The notes beneath the pieces were generated by a model. It made no database searches and was not told the DNA's origin. It saw nothing but the letters and a program-made list of their open reading frames with translations. Source: Thermofilaceae archaeon (GTDB lineage Archaea > Thermoproteota > Thermoprotei > Thermofilales > Thermofilaceae). From it: a stretch of 54,986 bases of DNA. Made by a program: the position numbers and the translations under genes. The stretch lies in NCBI GenBank assembly GCA_038727095.1, contig JAVYWK010000013.1:1-54986 (forward strand), given 5' to 3'. Below, in pieces: positions 37,966-48,185 of the stretch. The first letter of the stretch is position 1, and the number at the start of each line of letters is the position of its first letter.

Positions 37966-39768
37966 CTATACTCCGATGTATGCGTACCTCTGCTTGAGCA
38001 CCACGTTCACGAGTGTTATCGTTGTGAGCTGCAGCGTGATCAGGATGACGCCGAGGGACGCTACGATGTGAGGTCCACCGAACCTGCCCAGGTAGTCCAT
38101 CATGATGAAGGTCATCGGTGCCCTGTGGCCTTCGCCGAGCCCGCCTAGCCCGCCCAGCGTCACGCTGGTGCTTGTCTCGCTCATGCAGTAGACGAAGCTG
38201 ACGAGCGCTCCGCTCAGCACGTTCAAGCCGATCAGCGGTAAGACGATCCTGACAAGCGTTGTGAACCTGCCGGCGCCTAGGTTCATCGAAGCCTCTTCTA
38301 GTGCTACGTGGACCTGCTGGAGGCCTGCGAAAACCGCTCTGGCGGTGAAGGGTAGCCTCCTAACCCCGTAGGCTAGGATGAGCAGCAGGCTGGGGCCTGC
38401 GGTGATCGGGTCGAGTGGAGTGCCTCGGAAGAAGGTGGCGAAGAAGTAGAAGTAGCCGACGGCGAGGACGAGGCCGGGTATTGCGACGGGGGATGTGACG
38501 AGGAGGTCGAGGAGCTCCATGCCACCGATCCTGGCCCGCGCTATGACGTAGGGTGCGGAGACCCCCAGGAAGATTATGATCGCTAGCGCGGCCAGCGAGT
38601 AGGTTAGGCTGTTCATGACGGCCCGGAGAACGAGGGGGTCCCTAGCCACCTCCATCATGTGCCTAAACGTGAAGCCTTCCGGTAATGGCCCGCTCCAGCG
38701 CTCCGCGAAGGCGTAGGCGAAGACCGCCAGCTGGGGGTAAGCGGTGAAGAGGAGGATCAAGAGGAGCCCGAGGTAGACGGCTGCCAACCCCAGGGGGCCC
38801 AGCTTCCTAACCCTCGGCTTCCACCTCCCACCTCTGCTCAGCATCGCGTACTGCTTCAACGTGACATACCTCCTTATCCCCGCGAATACGCCCAGGGCTA
38901 GCGAGAGGAGGAGAAGCGCTAGGCTGGCAGCTGCGGGTGAGAGGTAACCGGTGGTAGCCTCGATGAACCTCGAGAAGATCTGGAAGGAGATGAGCCTCTG
39001 CTCGTTAAAGACGATTGGTGCACCCACGTCCTCGAGAGAGAAGATGAAGACGAGAGCTGCACCAGCTGCGAGCCCCGGTAGCGAGAGGGGGAGTGTGACA
39101 GTCCTGAAGAGGTGGAGACCCTTGGAGCCGAGGTTCTCGGCTTGCTCCTCCAGGCTCGGGTCGATGTTCATCATGCTCGCGTAAACGTTCAGGTAGACGA
39201 TCGGGTAGAAGGACATGATCTGAGCGGCAGCCACGCCGGCGAGAGAGTCAAGACCGATTCTCACTGGAATCCCGAGCACGTCGCAGATCAGCCAGGAGAT
39301 GAGCCCGTCCCTCCAGTCAAACAACCTTTTAATTATAAAGGAGTTGATGAAGGGGGTTTGCAGGAGGGGGACAGTGGCGAGGATCCTTAACGCCTGCTTG
39401 CCCGGGAACTGGTAGCGGGCGAAGACGAACGCCGTTACAATGCCGAGAATGCTGGCAACGATCGTCACGATGGCTGCCACGATAAGGGAGTTGAGGATAG
39501 CTCCGTAACTGATACCGACGATCCTGATTATCGTGACCTCGCGATCCCGGAAGAGGCCGCTGTAAACGATCGCGAGCTGGCCCCGCGGAGTGAGGCTAAC
39601 GAATGTGGGATCGTAGAAGAGGAGGATCGGGTTGTAGCGTGTCGCTACGTAGACGACAGTTAAAATGGGGGCTACGAGTAGGAAGAGGAGAAGTGCTGTG
39701 GAGAGGGTTAGCTGGGTGAGCAGGGTAGTGTCAATGTAAAAAAGGATCTTTTTGATCGCAGAGGGCAC
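37966..39768 (-). CDS. ABC importer permease, fused double TMD (FbpB/AfuB type)
   Basis: Two EAA loops (LEEQAENLG and LEEASMNLGA). Confidence 0.9.
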   Translation of the reverse strand: MPSAIKKILFYIDTTLLTQLTLSTALLLFLLVAPILTVVYVATRYNPILLFYDPTFVSLTPRGQLAIVYSGLFRDREVTIIRIVGISYGAILNSLIVAAIVTIVASILGIVTAFVFARYQFPGKQALRILATVPLLQTPFINSFIIKRLFDWRDGLISWLICDVLGIPVRIGLDSLAGVAAAQIMSFYPIVYLNVYASMMNIDPSLEEQAENLGSKGLHLFRTVTLPLSLPGLAAGAALVFIFSLEDVGAPIVFNEQRLISFQIFSRFIEATTGYLSPAAASLALLLLSLALGVFAGIRRYVTLKQYAMLSRGGRWKPRVRKLGPLGLAAVYLGLLLILLFTAYPQLAVFAYAFAERWSGPLPEGFTFRHMMEVARDPLVLRAVMNSLTYSLAALAIIIFLGVSAPYVIARARIGGMELLDLLVTSPVAIPGLVLAVGYFYFFATFFRGTPLDPITAGPSLLLILAYGVRRLPFTARAVFAGLQQVHVALEEASMNLGAGRFTTLVRIVLPLIGLNVLSGALVSFVYCMSETSTSVTLGGLGGLGEGHRAPMTFIMMDYLGRFGGPHIVASLGVILITLQLTTITLVNVVLKQRYAYIGV

Positions 39769-39769
39769 G

Positions 39770-41239
39770 TTAACCTCCCAACTCCTGGAGTATGCTTGTG
39801 TACTTGCTCACGGCGGCGCGCTTCCAAGTCGTGATGAGCGTATCCCTGAAGGAGGCATCCCCCATGAACCTCTCGCCAATTGAGATCGCGTACTCCTGAG
39901 TGAAGGTCACCGTCTGCTGAGTATCTGGATCCGTGAAGTCGAGAAGGGCGGTAAGCCGGTCTACGTAGGCCTTGAACTGTTCATCCGTGATCGTGCCGGC
40001 GAAGTACTTTGACAGCAGGGCTTTCCAAGCCGCCTTGAGGTAGTCGTTGACGTCAACGAGGGTTGACCTGAAGTACCACTGCATCACTGACTCGTAGCGG
40101 AGTGCTAGCTCATCGTCGAACTGGATGGAGGGCGTCTGCAGCGTCGCCTCGTAGGCCCTCTTCAGGTCAGGCCTCGTTGCACCCTCAGCCGTCTCGAAGA
40201 CCCTCGGGTTCGAAGGTAGCCTGTTGATCCCAGGATCGAGCCACACTGCCTGCCCCTCAGTCAGCACCCACGCAATGAAAGCCTGCGCCGCTTCAGGGTA
40301 CTTGCTACCTACCACCAGCGCGATCGGGTCTCCGTTGACGATGCTCTCACCTGGAGGTATTACGTACTCGCAGTCGGGGTTCACGTTCATCGCTGTGTAG
40401 CCGTAAAAGTCTATCGTGATGCCGACGGCAACGTCACCCCTAATTACAGCGTCTCTCGCAGGCTCGCTGCCGGGGTAGACTTCAGCGTTCGCTGCCATCA
40501 GGGTCAGCACTCTCCACCCTTCCTCCCACCCAAACTTCTGAAGGATAATCTCGTACATCCTGGTGTGGCTGGTGCTCTGCGTCGGGTCGGCGATCGATAG
40601 GGCCGCAGTCCCGAACTGGACGAGCGGGCGCCCAAGCTCAGGGGAAGCTAGATCTCTCCAGCTGCGTGGAGCCGGAAGGTTGTAGTCTTTCAGCCTCCTG
40701 TTGTTGACAGTGAAGCCGAAGCTGGAGATTGCTGCGGCAACCCAGTACACTCTACCGTCCTTGACGCGCTTCATCGGGACACCAGCAATCTCGTCGGGGA
40801 TCTGGGCAGCGGCTTGCAGCGCCTCCGAGCTAGTTAGAGGGGCAAGAAGCCCTCTCGCGAAAATCGAATCGAAAAGCGTTGGCCCCCCTCCCCACGCGAC
40901 GTCCGCCTCACCACCCTTTATGTACTGTTCCCAGAGCCCGGGCGGGAGAACGATCGTCTTAAGGTCTGTGATGTTGTACTTCTTCGCGACTTCGCTCGCC
41001 AAGAACATCCTCCTAGCCTTAACAAGTATCTCCGCGGGATGCCTCGAGATCACGGTTAAGGTGATACCACTGGGCTGAGCGGGTGGCTGCTGCGGGGGTT
41101 GTTCCCCCTGAGGCTGGCTGGGACGCTGGGTTATCATGGGTATGATTACTAGTGAAACGATCACGGCGACCACGATCGTTGCCGCGACTACAGCAATCAC
41201 GATTGGTTTAGACAATCCACGCCTACGAACCAACCCCAT
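39770..41239 (-). CDS. ABC substrate-binding protein (AfuA/FbpA-like), N-terminally anchored
   Basis: TM anchor plus Q/P linker; DVAWGGG, P.SW.DL, ADP..S.S and AQAFIAW. ATG 41239 is the likely start. Confidence 0.85.
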   Translation of the reverse strand: MGLVRRRGLSKPIVIAVVAATIVVAVIVSLVIIPMITQRPSQPQGEQPPQQPPAQPSGITLTVISRHPAEILVKARRMFLASEVAKKYNITDLKTIVLPPGLWEQYIKGGEADVAWGGGPTLFDSIFARGLLAPLTSSEALQAAAQIPDEIAGVPMKRVKDGRVYWVAAAISSFGFTVNNRRLKDYNLPAPRSWRDLASPELGRPLVQFGTAALSIADPTQSTSHTRMYEIILQKFGWEEGWRVLTLMAANAEVYPGSEPARDAVIRGDVAVGITIDFYGYTAMNVNPDCEYVIPPGESIVNGDPIALVVGSKYPEAAQAFIAWVLTEGQAVWLDPGINRLPSNPRVFETAEGATRPDLKRAYEATLQTPSIQFDDELALRYESVMQWYFRSTLVDVNDYLKAAWKALLSKYFAGTITDEQFKAYVDRLTALLDFTDPDTQQTVTFTQEYAISIGERFMGDASFRDTLITTWKRAAVSKYTSILQELGG

Positions 41240-41340
41240 CGGTTGATGGGGGGAATGAGGGGAAATAAACCTGTCTCGCAGGCTCAATCGGCGTAATCTG
41301 AAGCGATAATCCTATATACCTAGCACGAATAACGTTTACC

Positions 41341-42537
41341 GTGAGGACGATAGTTATTGCTTTAATCGTGATAACCATTGCTGTAGCCCCCCTGATGGCC
41401 CCTCTGACCGCCGCTCAAATCGGGATCCCGATCCTCATCGACCTCGCCCACAAGCAGCCGACAGCGGGACTGGACATTATCATGAACGTAGTCCCTGAAG
41501 CCTCGTGGTACGTCCTGGTACGGACGAAGGAGGATGCCGACGCTCTGCCAGCGGCCATCAAGGCGCGCGCCACCGTCGTGATCGGCGACTTCGCAACCGT
41601 TGACCTCGAGAGGCTGCGCATCGCGATGGTGATCATAGGCCAGCCGCAAGCCCCGCTCACGCCAGAGGAGATCGCCGCGCTTGCAAAGTGGTTTACAGCT
41701 GCCCCTGGTAGAGCCCTCTGGGTGGCGGCCGACAGCGACTACCCCGCACAGGGCTCCGAGCTAGCCCAAGAGGTTGCAAACATGATCATGGAAGCCGTTG
41801 GATCCAACCTGAGGATGGATTACACTTCAGCCTACTGCTACGTCAGCTTAAACTTGACCGGTGCTAACTACAGGCTGCTCGGGTACGTCAACGTGAGCGA
41901 GGTACCGGAGCTTAGGTACGGCAGCGACCTGGTCCTCTTCCACGGGCCGGGTCCGCTCGCCTGGGTGGATGACGCGGGGAACTGGCGCAGGCTGAGCCCC
42001 ACCGAGAAGCCTCGCAACACCTACATAATCGCCATGACTTCGCCCTACTCGGAGATCACCGAGAATCAAGTCGAGCCTACGGGCAAAAACGCGAAGGTGT
42101 ACAAGCCCGGCGATAAGGGCCAGTTCGTCCTCATGGCTGCACAGCTCATCCCCGTGAAGGATAAGTACAACGTGGCTATCCTCTCGGGGGAGACGCCCTA
42201 CGGCGGCTACTACCCGGGCGTCGCCTGGCAGTACTACGGCGTCGTTCTCAGCGGGCCACGTTTCGTCAGGAACGTGATCCTCTGGGCCACGGACTACATG
42301 GGCGAGCTAAAGGAGTACGCTAAGCTCGCAGCGCTCCCCGAGCAGATCCGCTCCGACGTGGACAGGACGCTGACGCAGCTAAGGAGCGATATCGAAAGGA
42401 GGGTCAGCAGCGTTGAAGAGACCGTTGCAAGCCTCTCCTCAACCCTTAACACCGCTCTCGCACTCGCCGCTGTAGCACTCATCCTCGCGCTAGTTGCTCT
42501 AGCCCTCGCTTTCAGGAAGCCCGCTCCCAAGCCCTAG
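41341..42537 (+). CDS. Secreted surface protein (GATase/DUF4350-like Rossmannoid domain) with coiled coil and TM anchor
   Basis: Signal peptide; IDLAH.Q, IIGQP..P..EE and LWVAADSDY; C-terminal TLNTALAL helix. Confidence 0.75.
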   Translation: MRTIVIALIVITIAVAPLMAPLTAAQIGIPILIDLAHKQPTAGLDIIMNVVPEASWYVLVRTKEDADALPAAIKARATVVIGDFATVDLERLRIAMVIIGQPQAPLTPEEIAALAKWFTAAPGRALWVAADSDYPAQGSELAQEVANMIMEAVGSNLRMDYTSAYCYVSLNLTGANYRLLGYVNVSEVPELRYGSDLVLFHGPGPLAWVDDAGNWRRLSPTEKPRNTYIIAMTSPYSEITENQVEPTGKNAKVYKPGDKGQFVLMAAQLIPVKDKYNVAILSGETPYGGYYPGVAWQYYGVVLSGPRFVRNVILWATDYMGELKEYAKLAALPEQIRSDVDRTLTQLRSDIERRVSSVEETVASLSSTLNTALALAAVALILALVALALAFRKPAPKP

Positions 42538-42564
42538 GTCCAAACTGATACAGTAAGAATAAAG

Positions 42565-42585
42565 AATTTTTTATCTTTTTCAATA
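42565..42585 (+). terminator. Oligo-T terminator
   Basis: TTTTTTATCTTTTT run shortly after the stop at 42537. Confidence 0.55.
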
Positions 42586-42660
42586 ATTCTGATCTCTCTA
42601 CCGGCCCTCGTAGTTCTCCTTCATTTAGTGTTTGACGGTGACAGGTGTGTAATGTTTTTC

Positions 42661-42876
42661 TCAGCCGCCTGAGACGACGGGGATTAGCTTGAGCTTGGCT
42701 GGTGCGAGGATTGGCTCGTCTTCCGGTACAATCTGCCCGTTGAGGACGGGGACGTACTCGACCGGGTTTAAGCCTATAGATTTAACGACACTCTCAACCG
42801 TTTCACCCACTCTAACTTTCACCACTTTCGGCTCGAAACGCGTCGATTCGACGATCACCTCTACTTCCTCGATCAT
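42661..42876 (-). CDS. MoaD/ThiS/SAMP ubiquitin-like beta-grasp protein
   Basis: 71 aa, LNG motif and C-terminal VVSGG. Confidence 0.88.
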   Translation of the reverse strand: MIEEVEVIVESTRFEPKVVKVRVGETVESVVKSIGLNPVEYVPVLNGQIVPEDEPILAPAKLKLIPVVSGG

Positions 42877-42913
42877 CAGTATGCGCTATACAAGGCTGAT
42901 GAAAAACTTTCTG

Positions 42914-43969
42914 CTAAACCTCCACTAGAGGCAGCTTTACGGGCTGGTGGAGCTTGGCGGAGGCGTAGATCGCCCTGATCAACTCGAGGCTCCTCCTCCC
43001 CTCGCGGCCGTCTACTCTCGGCCTCCCCCCCTCACTGACGGCCAGCACAAAGTCGCGGAGGAGCCGCACGTGGTTCTCGATAGGGACTGCCTCAGGCCTC
43101 GCCCAAGACTCCCACCCCTTCAACCCTTCAGCCTCCTTTACCACCTCGCCCCTCAAGGCCAATAGCTTGAGGTTGCCCCCCTCTATGACCGCAGCACCAT
43201 CCGTGCCGTGCACTTCGAGCCTCGTCGGGAAGCCGGGGTAGGTGGCAGTGCTCGCCTGCACCACCCCGAGAGCCCCGCTCCTGAACTTGATCAGGGCCAC
43301 CGCTAGATCCTCAACCTCGATGTCATGAGCGTAGGTGCCCGCGTAGGCCCAAACCTCCTCCGCATCCCCCATCAGCCAGAGCATGAGGTCCACCGTGTGG
43401 ATCGCCTGGTTGATCAGCGCACCACCACCCTCCGTCGCCCACCTCCCCCTCCAATCGCTGCCCGTGTAGTACTCGCGGGTCCTATACCACTCCACCACGG
43501 CTTCAGCGAGGATCAGCCTCCCCAGCCTACCCCACGTCACGTGCTCCCTAACCCTCTCTATCACCGGGTCGAAGCGGTACTCGAACACCACACCCAGAGC
43601 AACACCCCTCCGCTCAGCCCTCGCGATCATCTCATCGGCCTCCCTCAGCGTCACAGCCATCGGCTTGTCCACGAGCACGTGCTTCTCCGCTTCAATGGCG
43701 GCGACAGCCTGCGGGAAGTGCAGGTAGTGGGGAGTTGAGATAGCTACCACTTCAACCTCCGGGTCGGCAAGCAGCTGATCGAAGCTCGTATACCACTTCT
43801 TAGCACCGTATTTCCGGGCAAACTCCTCCGTTTTCGCAGCCCTCCGGCCAGCTACGGCGACGAGCTCCGCGACCCCCTCGTCCCTTAACTGCTGCAAAGC
43901 CCCGGCGATGAAGCCGCCTCCAACGCCCGTACCCGCAAGGCCGAATCTCAGCACGGCCAAATGAGGCAT
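42914..43969 (-). CDS. Gfo/Idh/MocA-family oxidoreductase
   Basis: FGLAGTG, STP..LH, HVLVDKPM, WRG...EGGG.LINQAIH.VD and VED. Confidence 0.9.
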   Translation of the reverse strand: MPHLAVLRFGLAGTGVGGGFIAGALQQLRDEGVAELVAVAGRRAAKTEEFARKYGAKKWYTSFDQLLADPEVEVVAISTPHYLHFPQAVAAIEAEKHVLVDKPMAVTLREADEMIARAERRGVALGVVFEYRFDPVIERVREHVTWGRLGRLILAEAVVEWYRTREYYTGSDWRGRWATEGGGALINQAIHTVDLMLWLMGDAEEVWAYAGTYAHDIEVEDLAVALIKFRSGALGVVQASTATYPGFPTRLEVHGTDGAAVIEGGNLKLLALRGEVVKEAEGLKGWESWARPEAVPIENHVRLLRDFVLAVSEGGRPRVDGREGRRSLELIRAIYASAKLHQPVKLPLVEV

Positions 43970-44119
43970 GAAGGACGAAATATGCTTTTCTCGGTTCGAG
44001 GTGGAGGTTTGATAAGCCTGCATCGTGATCGTGTGCCGGTACGAGCGTTATCCCGAGCGATTCGTGACTACCTAAGAAAAGTATGAGCTGTACGATAGGG
44101 AGAGGTGCTTAAAGGTGCT

Positions 44120-44148
44120 AAAGAGAAAAAAGAAAAATATTTATTTTC
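44120..44148 (-). terminator. Oligo-T terminator of the SBP gene
   Basis: Minus strand reads ATATTTTTCTTTTTTCTCTTT just after the stop at 44149. Confidence 0.6.
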
Positions 44149-46227
44149 TTAACGTTTTCTAACGAAGGGTAGTATTAAGGCTATAAGCGCTAGTATCAGT
44201 GCGATGGCTGAGAGCGCTAACGCGGTGTTCAGTGTACCTGTGACACCTTCAATAGCGCTTCTTAACGCGCTGATCTCTTCCGCGGTTGGCAATCCAGCTA
44301 GTCTGCCCCTAATGTCTGCCACATCGCTGGATAGCCTGCTCAGCGAAGCCTCAAGTGAGGTTAACCTCCTCTCAATGCTGTCAACTCTAGCGGTAAGCAG
44401 CTCAAGTGCTGTTGCTGCAGCTTTCGCTGCTAGCGTCGCCTGTAGATCTTCGAAGAACTTTGAGGTTGGGAACTGCCAGAGCAGTATCCATGACGGAACT
44501 CTCGGCGTTTCTCCAGCTCTCACTAGGCAGAAGAGCCACGGCATGTTGTCAGGCCAGTTCCAGATGTACGGTGAAACCCATACTTCTGGCCTTTCCTCCG
44601 CCGGCCAGCCATCCCAGATCTCGTAGTTAAACTCGTACCATGCCGCGCCGTAGAAGAGTGGAATGCCCGGTAGATCCGACAGAGCCATTTCTTGCAGCTT
44701 GCTGTATATCGCGGCTAGCTTCGCTGGATCGGTCTCTCTGGCTGCCGCGTCGATCAAGGGGATCGCGTCTTTCTTCGTGTAGTGAGCCCAGTTGCCGGCT
44801 GGTGGGCTAAGCCTCGAGTCGAGGACCCACCTGAAGGTATTCCACGGGTGAGCGTAACCGGGTCCAGCGTCCCAGCCGATGATGAAATCGAACTCGCCCT
44901 TGATTAAGCGGTCCCACCAGACGGAGAAGTCTGGGAATTCTGTTCTAACATCGATCCCTATCTTGCGCAGGTTCGTTGCGATCATATCGCACATCATCAT
45001 CCAGTCGGTCCAGCCGTAGGGAACCTGGATAGTGAAGGGGCCCAGCTTGGTGCCGTCTGGTAGCTCCCTTACGCCGTCCCCGTCTCGGTCGATGATGTTG
45101 GCTTCGTCGAGGATCTTCTTGGCTTTCTCAAGATCGTAAGCGTAGCCAAGCTTCCCAACGACAGTATGGTTGATCCACTTCGCGTAAGCGGGGAAGGTGT
45201 GCATGATGAAGCTCGGGCTTGCCACTACGCTGTAGTTGAAGTACGCCTTACTCACTAGATCCTGGAAGGGGATCGCGTGGGCTACGGCTCTTCTAACATG
45301 AGTGTTATTGAGCGGGTGCTTCCACCTGATGTAAAGTAAGACAATACCGCTGTGCAGGTAGTACGGCGGGTTGGCCAGATACGTCCTCCTCTTTAAGCCC
45401 TTAACAGTCCACATCTCATAGATGGCTGCGAAGAAGTGTCCAGCACCATCGTACTCTCCAGCCTCAAACGCAAGGGCCGCTGACGGGTTGTCCTTGAAAA
45501 CCCTGTGCGCGATGTACTTGGGGGTTGGCAAGCCGAAGATATCCTTGCCCCACCAATCGTCGACGCGCACGTAGTACCAGATGTCCTCCGACCACATGTA
45601 CAGCCTGTAAGGTCCACCGCCGATTATCTGCGCCGGGTCGTTATCGAGGAAGTCTGAGGCCAGTCGGGGACCGTACGTCCGCTTGAGTGCTTCCCAGCGG
45701 TGCTTCGGCAGTATGAGGACGGTGTGAAGGGCATCGAAGAGCGCGAAGTAGTTGAGGACATCCTTTCTAAGCTTCAAGCGAATCGTATCGGGCGCCGCCA
45801 CTTCGACGCTCTCCAGGTAGTCCCAGAGGGGCGTCACCCAGGAAATACTGTACTCCTTTCCTAGATCGAAAGTAAACTTCACGTCTTCAGCGGTAATGGG
45901 TCTACCATCCCACCACTTCGCCCCTGCTCGGATCCGGACATCGAGTGTGTACTCGTCCACCCACTCGTAACCAGCCGCGAGGTAGGGTATCCAAGTGTCC
46001 TTGTACGTGCTGTAGAAGAATAGCGTCGGGTACATGAGCTGCCAACCCCAAGCGGGGCTCGGTAGCAGCGGGTTCCAGCCAGCGGGTGGACCCCAAGCGT
46101 CGGACACGATCAAAGTCTCGGTTCTCGGGGGCACAGGCTGCGGGAACGCGGGAATCCCTCCCAGGATGAGTAAGGCGACCAAAGTGAAGGCTGCTGTCTT
46201 TAACAGTGAAAACTTTTTCCTCCTCAC
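44149..46227 (-). CDS. Family 5 (Opp/Dpp-like) ABC substrate-binding protein, probably oligosaccharide-binding, with C-terminal anchor
   Basis: Signal peptide; PYLA, W.DG.PITAEDVKFTF, GPY and VPYGWTDW (seen in cello-/manno-oligosaccharide binders). GTG 46227 fits the upstream BRE/TATA. Confidence 0.88.
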   Translation of the reverse strand: MRRKKFSLLKTAAFTLVALLILGGIPAFPQPVPPRTETLIVSDAWGPPAGWNPLLPSPAWGWQLMYPTLFFYSTYKDTWIPYLAAGYEWVDEYTLDVRIRAGAKWWDGRPITAEDVKFTFDLGKEYSISWVTPLWDYLESVEVAAPDTIRLKLRKDVLNYFALFDALHTVLILPKHRWEALKRTYGPRLASDFLDNDPAQIIGGGPYRLYMWSEDIWYYVRVDDWWGKDIFGLPTPKYIAHRVFKDNPSAALAFEAGEYDGAGHFFAAIYEMWTVKGLKRRTYLANPPYYLHSGIVLLYIRWKHPLNNTHVRRAVAHAIPFQDLVSKAYFNYSVVASPSFIMHTFPAYAKWINHTVVGKLGYAYDLEKAKKILDEANIIDRDGDGVRELPDGTKLGPFTIQVPYGWTDWMMMCDMIATNLRKIGIDVRTEFPDFSVWWDRLIKGEFDFIIGWDAGPGYAHPWNTFRWVLDSRLSPPAGNWAHYTKKDAIPLIDAAARETDPAKLAAIYSKLQEMALSDLPGIPLFYGAAWYEFNYEIWDGWPAEERPEVWVSPYIWNWPDNMPWLFCLVRAGETPRVPSWILLWQFPTSKFFEDLQATLAAKAAATALELLTARVDSIERRLTSLEASLSRLSSDVADIRGRLAGLPTAEEISALRSAIEGVTGTLNTALALSAIALILALIALILPFVRKR

Positions 46228-46302
46228 GGGGGGACTTATTGAAGTCTCATACAAAAGGTTTTCGCTCGCCACATTTTTAAGAGGATACGCAGGTAGCTCC
46301 TC

Positions 46303-47127
46303 GTGGAGAGGTTGCTTAGAGTTGAGAGCTTGACGAAGGTATACAACGTGGGTTTCTTCTCGAGGAAGAGCATCGTAGCTGTCGACGACGTCAGCTTCAC
46401 GCTCGATGAAGGGGAGATAGTTTCTGTTGTTGGGGAAAGCGGGTCAGGAAAGACGACGATGGCGAAGGTGATCCTTAGGCTGCTCCCGCCAACGTCGGGT
46501 AGAGTGGTCTTCGAGAGGAGAGACGTGTGGAGTCTGAAGAGCAGGGACGAGCTCAAGTGGTACTGGAGAAGGGTGCATGGAATCTTCCAGGATCCTTACG
46601 CGTCCTATAACCCTCTCCATAAAGTTGAGAGAATACTGTACCAGGCGCTTAACTTGCTCGACAACAAAGAGGTCGGTGATCCCGATGAGATGGTGAAAGA
46701 AGCGCTTAAGCAGGTAGGTTTGAAGCCCGAGCACGTCCTCAGCAAGTACCCGCATGAGCTTAGCGGAGGTATGAGGCAGAGGATTATGATCGCCCGTTGC
46801 TTCATGCTTAAACCGAAGCTCGTTATCGCGGATGAACCAACCTCGATGATTGACGCTTCAACAAGGGCTGGTATCCTTGACCTCTTCCTCAAACTGAGGG
46901 AGGAGAATAAAACATCAGTTGTGTTCATCACTCACGATTTGGGGCTCGCCTACTACGTTAGCGACCGCATACTCGTGATGTATAAAGGGAGGATCGTGGA
47001 TGAGAAGGCACCCGATGAGCTCCTAGAAAAAGCTGAGCACCCATACACTAGAAGGCTTCTGCAAGACGTACCTCTGCTTTACCGCAAGTGGGGTGAACCT
47101 TTAAAGGCTATTAATGAGGAGAGGTGA
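46303..47127 (+). CDS. Oligopeptide/oligosaccharide ABC ATPase (OppF/DppF type)
   Basis: GESGSGKTT, FQDPY, YPHELSGGMRQR and HPYT. Confidence 0.92.
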   Translation: MERLLRVESLTKVYNVGFFSRKSIVAVDDVSFTLDEGEIVSVVGESGSGKTTMAKVILRLLPPTSGRVVFERRDVWSLKSRDELKWYWRRVHGIFQDPYASYNPLHKVERILYQALNLLDNKEVGDPDEMVKEALKQVGLKPEHVLSKYPHELSGGMRQRIMIARCFMLKPKLVIADEPTSMIDASTRAGILDLFLKLREENKTSVVFITHDLGLAYYVSDRILVMYKGRIVDEKAPDELLEKAEHPYTRRLLQDVPLLYRKWGEPLKAINEER

Positions 47128-48185
47128 ATAAGATGAATCAAGGAGCGATTGGGCTTCTTCAGCGGTTATGGAGGAAGCCTGTAGCCAGGTTCTTGGTTCG
47201 GAAAACGGCCTTTCTGCTCGCTACATTCGTCGTATACCTCGTTATCATCTTCTCCCTGCCCCGAGCCATACCCGGCAACCCGCTGGCTGAGATTCTTGCA
47301 AACATCTTGCAGACGATGCAAGCTACGCCTGAACTAGTCAGGGAGGTTGAGAGGCGCTTAATGGAGGAGTTTGGCCTTCACAGGCCGTGGCACGAGCAGT
47401 TCATCGACTTTATTACAAGGATTTTTAGGGGGGATCTCGGGACATCCTACTCCCTGTACCCGCGTAAAGTTGCTGACCTAATCTTCACTGAGCTCCCTTG
47501 GTCCCTCGGCCTGCTTATTCCGGCCACCCTTGTCTCGTGGACGCTCGGCAACCTGCTGGGCGCCCTTGCGGGCTACAAGCGGGGAAGCAAGGTCGATAAC
47601 ACGCTGCTACCCGTCAGCATCGTGCTGTCGCAGACGCCGTACTACTGGCTCGCCATGATCCTCCTGTACGCGTTCAGCGTACAACTGAAAATATTCCCGA
47701 TAGCGGGCGCGTACCCCTCCGGGATGGTGCCCACGCTTAGCCCGGAGTTCATTAGAGGCTACCTCTACCACTACATCCTCCCCTTCCTCACGATAGTCAT
47801 AGCGGCGATAGGTGGATGGGCGATAGGAATGAGAGTGCTCGTGATCTACGAGATTAGATCCGACTACGTGGAATTCGCGGATGCTCTCGGAGCGAGCGAA
47901 AAGAAGCTCCTCCAGTACGTCTTTAGGAACTCTATGCTGCCTCAGGTCACAGGACTGGCGTTGAACTTAGGGACAATCCTTGGCGGGTCGTTGATAACGG
48001 AGCTCGTTTTCAACTACAGAGGTACAGGCTACCTGATATTCAGGGCGTTAACGAGGCTCGACTATCCACTCATTCAGGGAACGTTTGTCGTGCTCTTCTC
48101 AACGCTGATTCTAGCGAATTTCCTCGTAGACCTCGTCTACGCCTTCATCGACCCCCGCATTAGGACAGGTTACGTAGGTGAGTAG
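47124..48185 (+). CDS. ABC permease (OppB/DppB type)
   Basis: PGNP, GDLG.S, DYV.FA.A.G and DPRIR. Confidence 0.92.
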   Translation: MNKMNQGAIGLLQRLWRKPVARFLVRKTAFLLATFVVYLVIIFSLPRAIPGNPLAEILANILQTMQATPELVREVERRLMEEFGLHRPWHEQFIDFITRIFRGDLGTSYSLYPRKVADLIFTELPWSLGLLIPATLVSWTLGNLLGALAGYKRGSKVDNTLLPVSIVLSQTPYYWLAMILLYAFSVQLKIFPIAGAYPSGMVPTLSPEFIRGYLYHYILPFLTIVIAAIGGWAIGMRVLVIYEIRSDYVEFADALGASEKKLLQYVFRNSMLPQVTGLALNLGTILGGSLITELVFNYRGTGYLIFRALTRLDYPLIQGTFVVLFSTLILANFLVDLVYAFIDPRIRTGYVGE

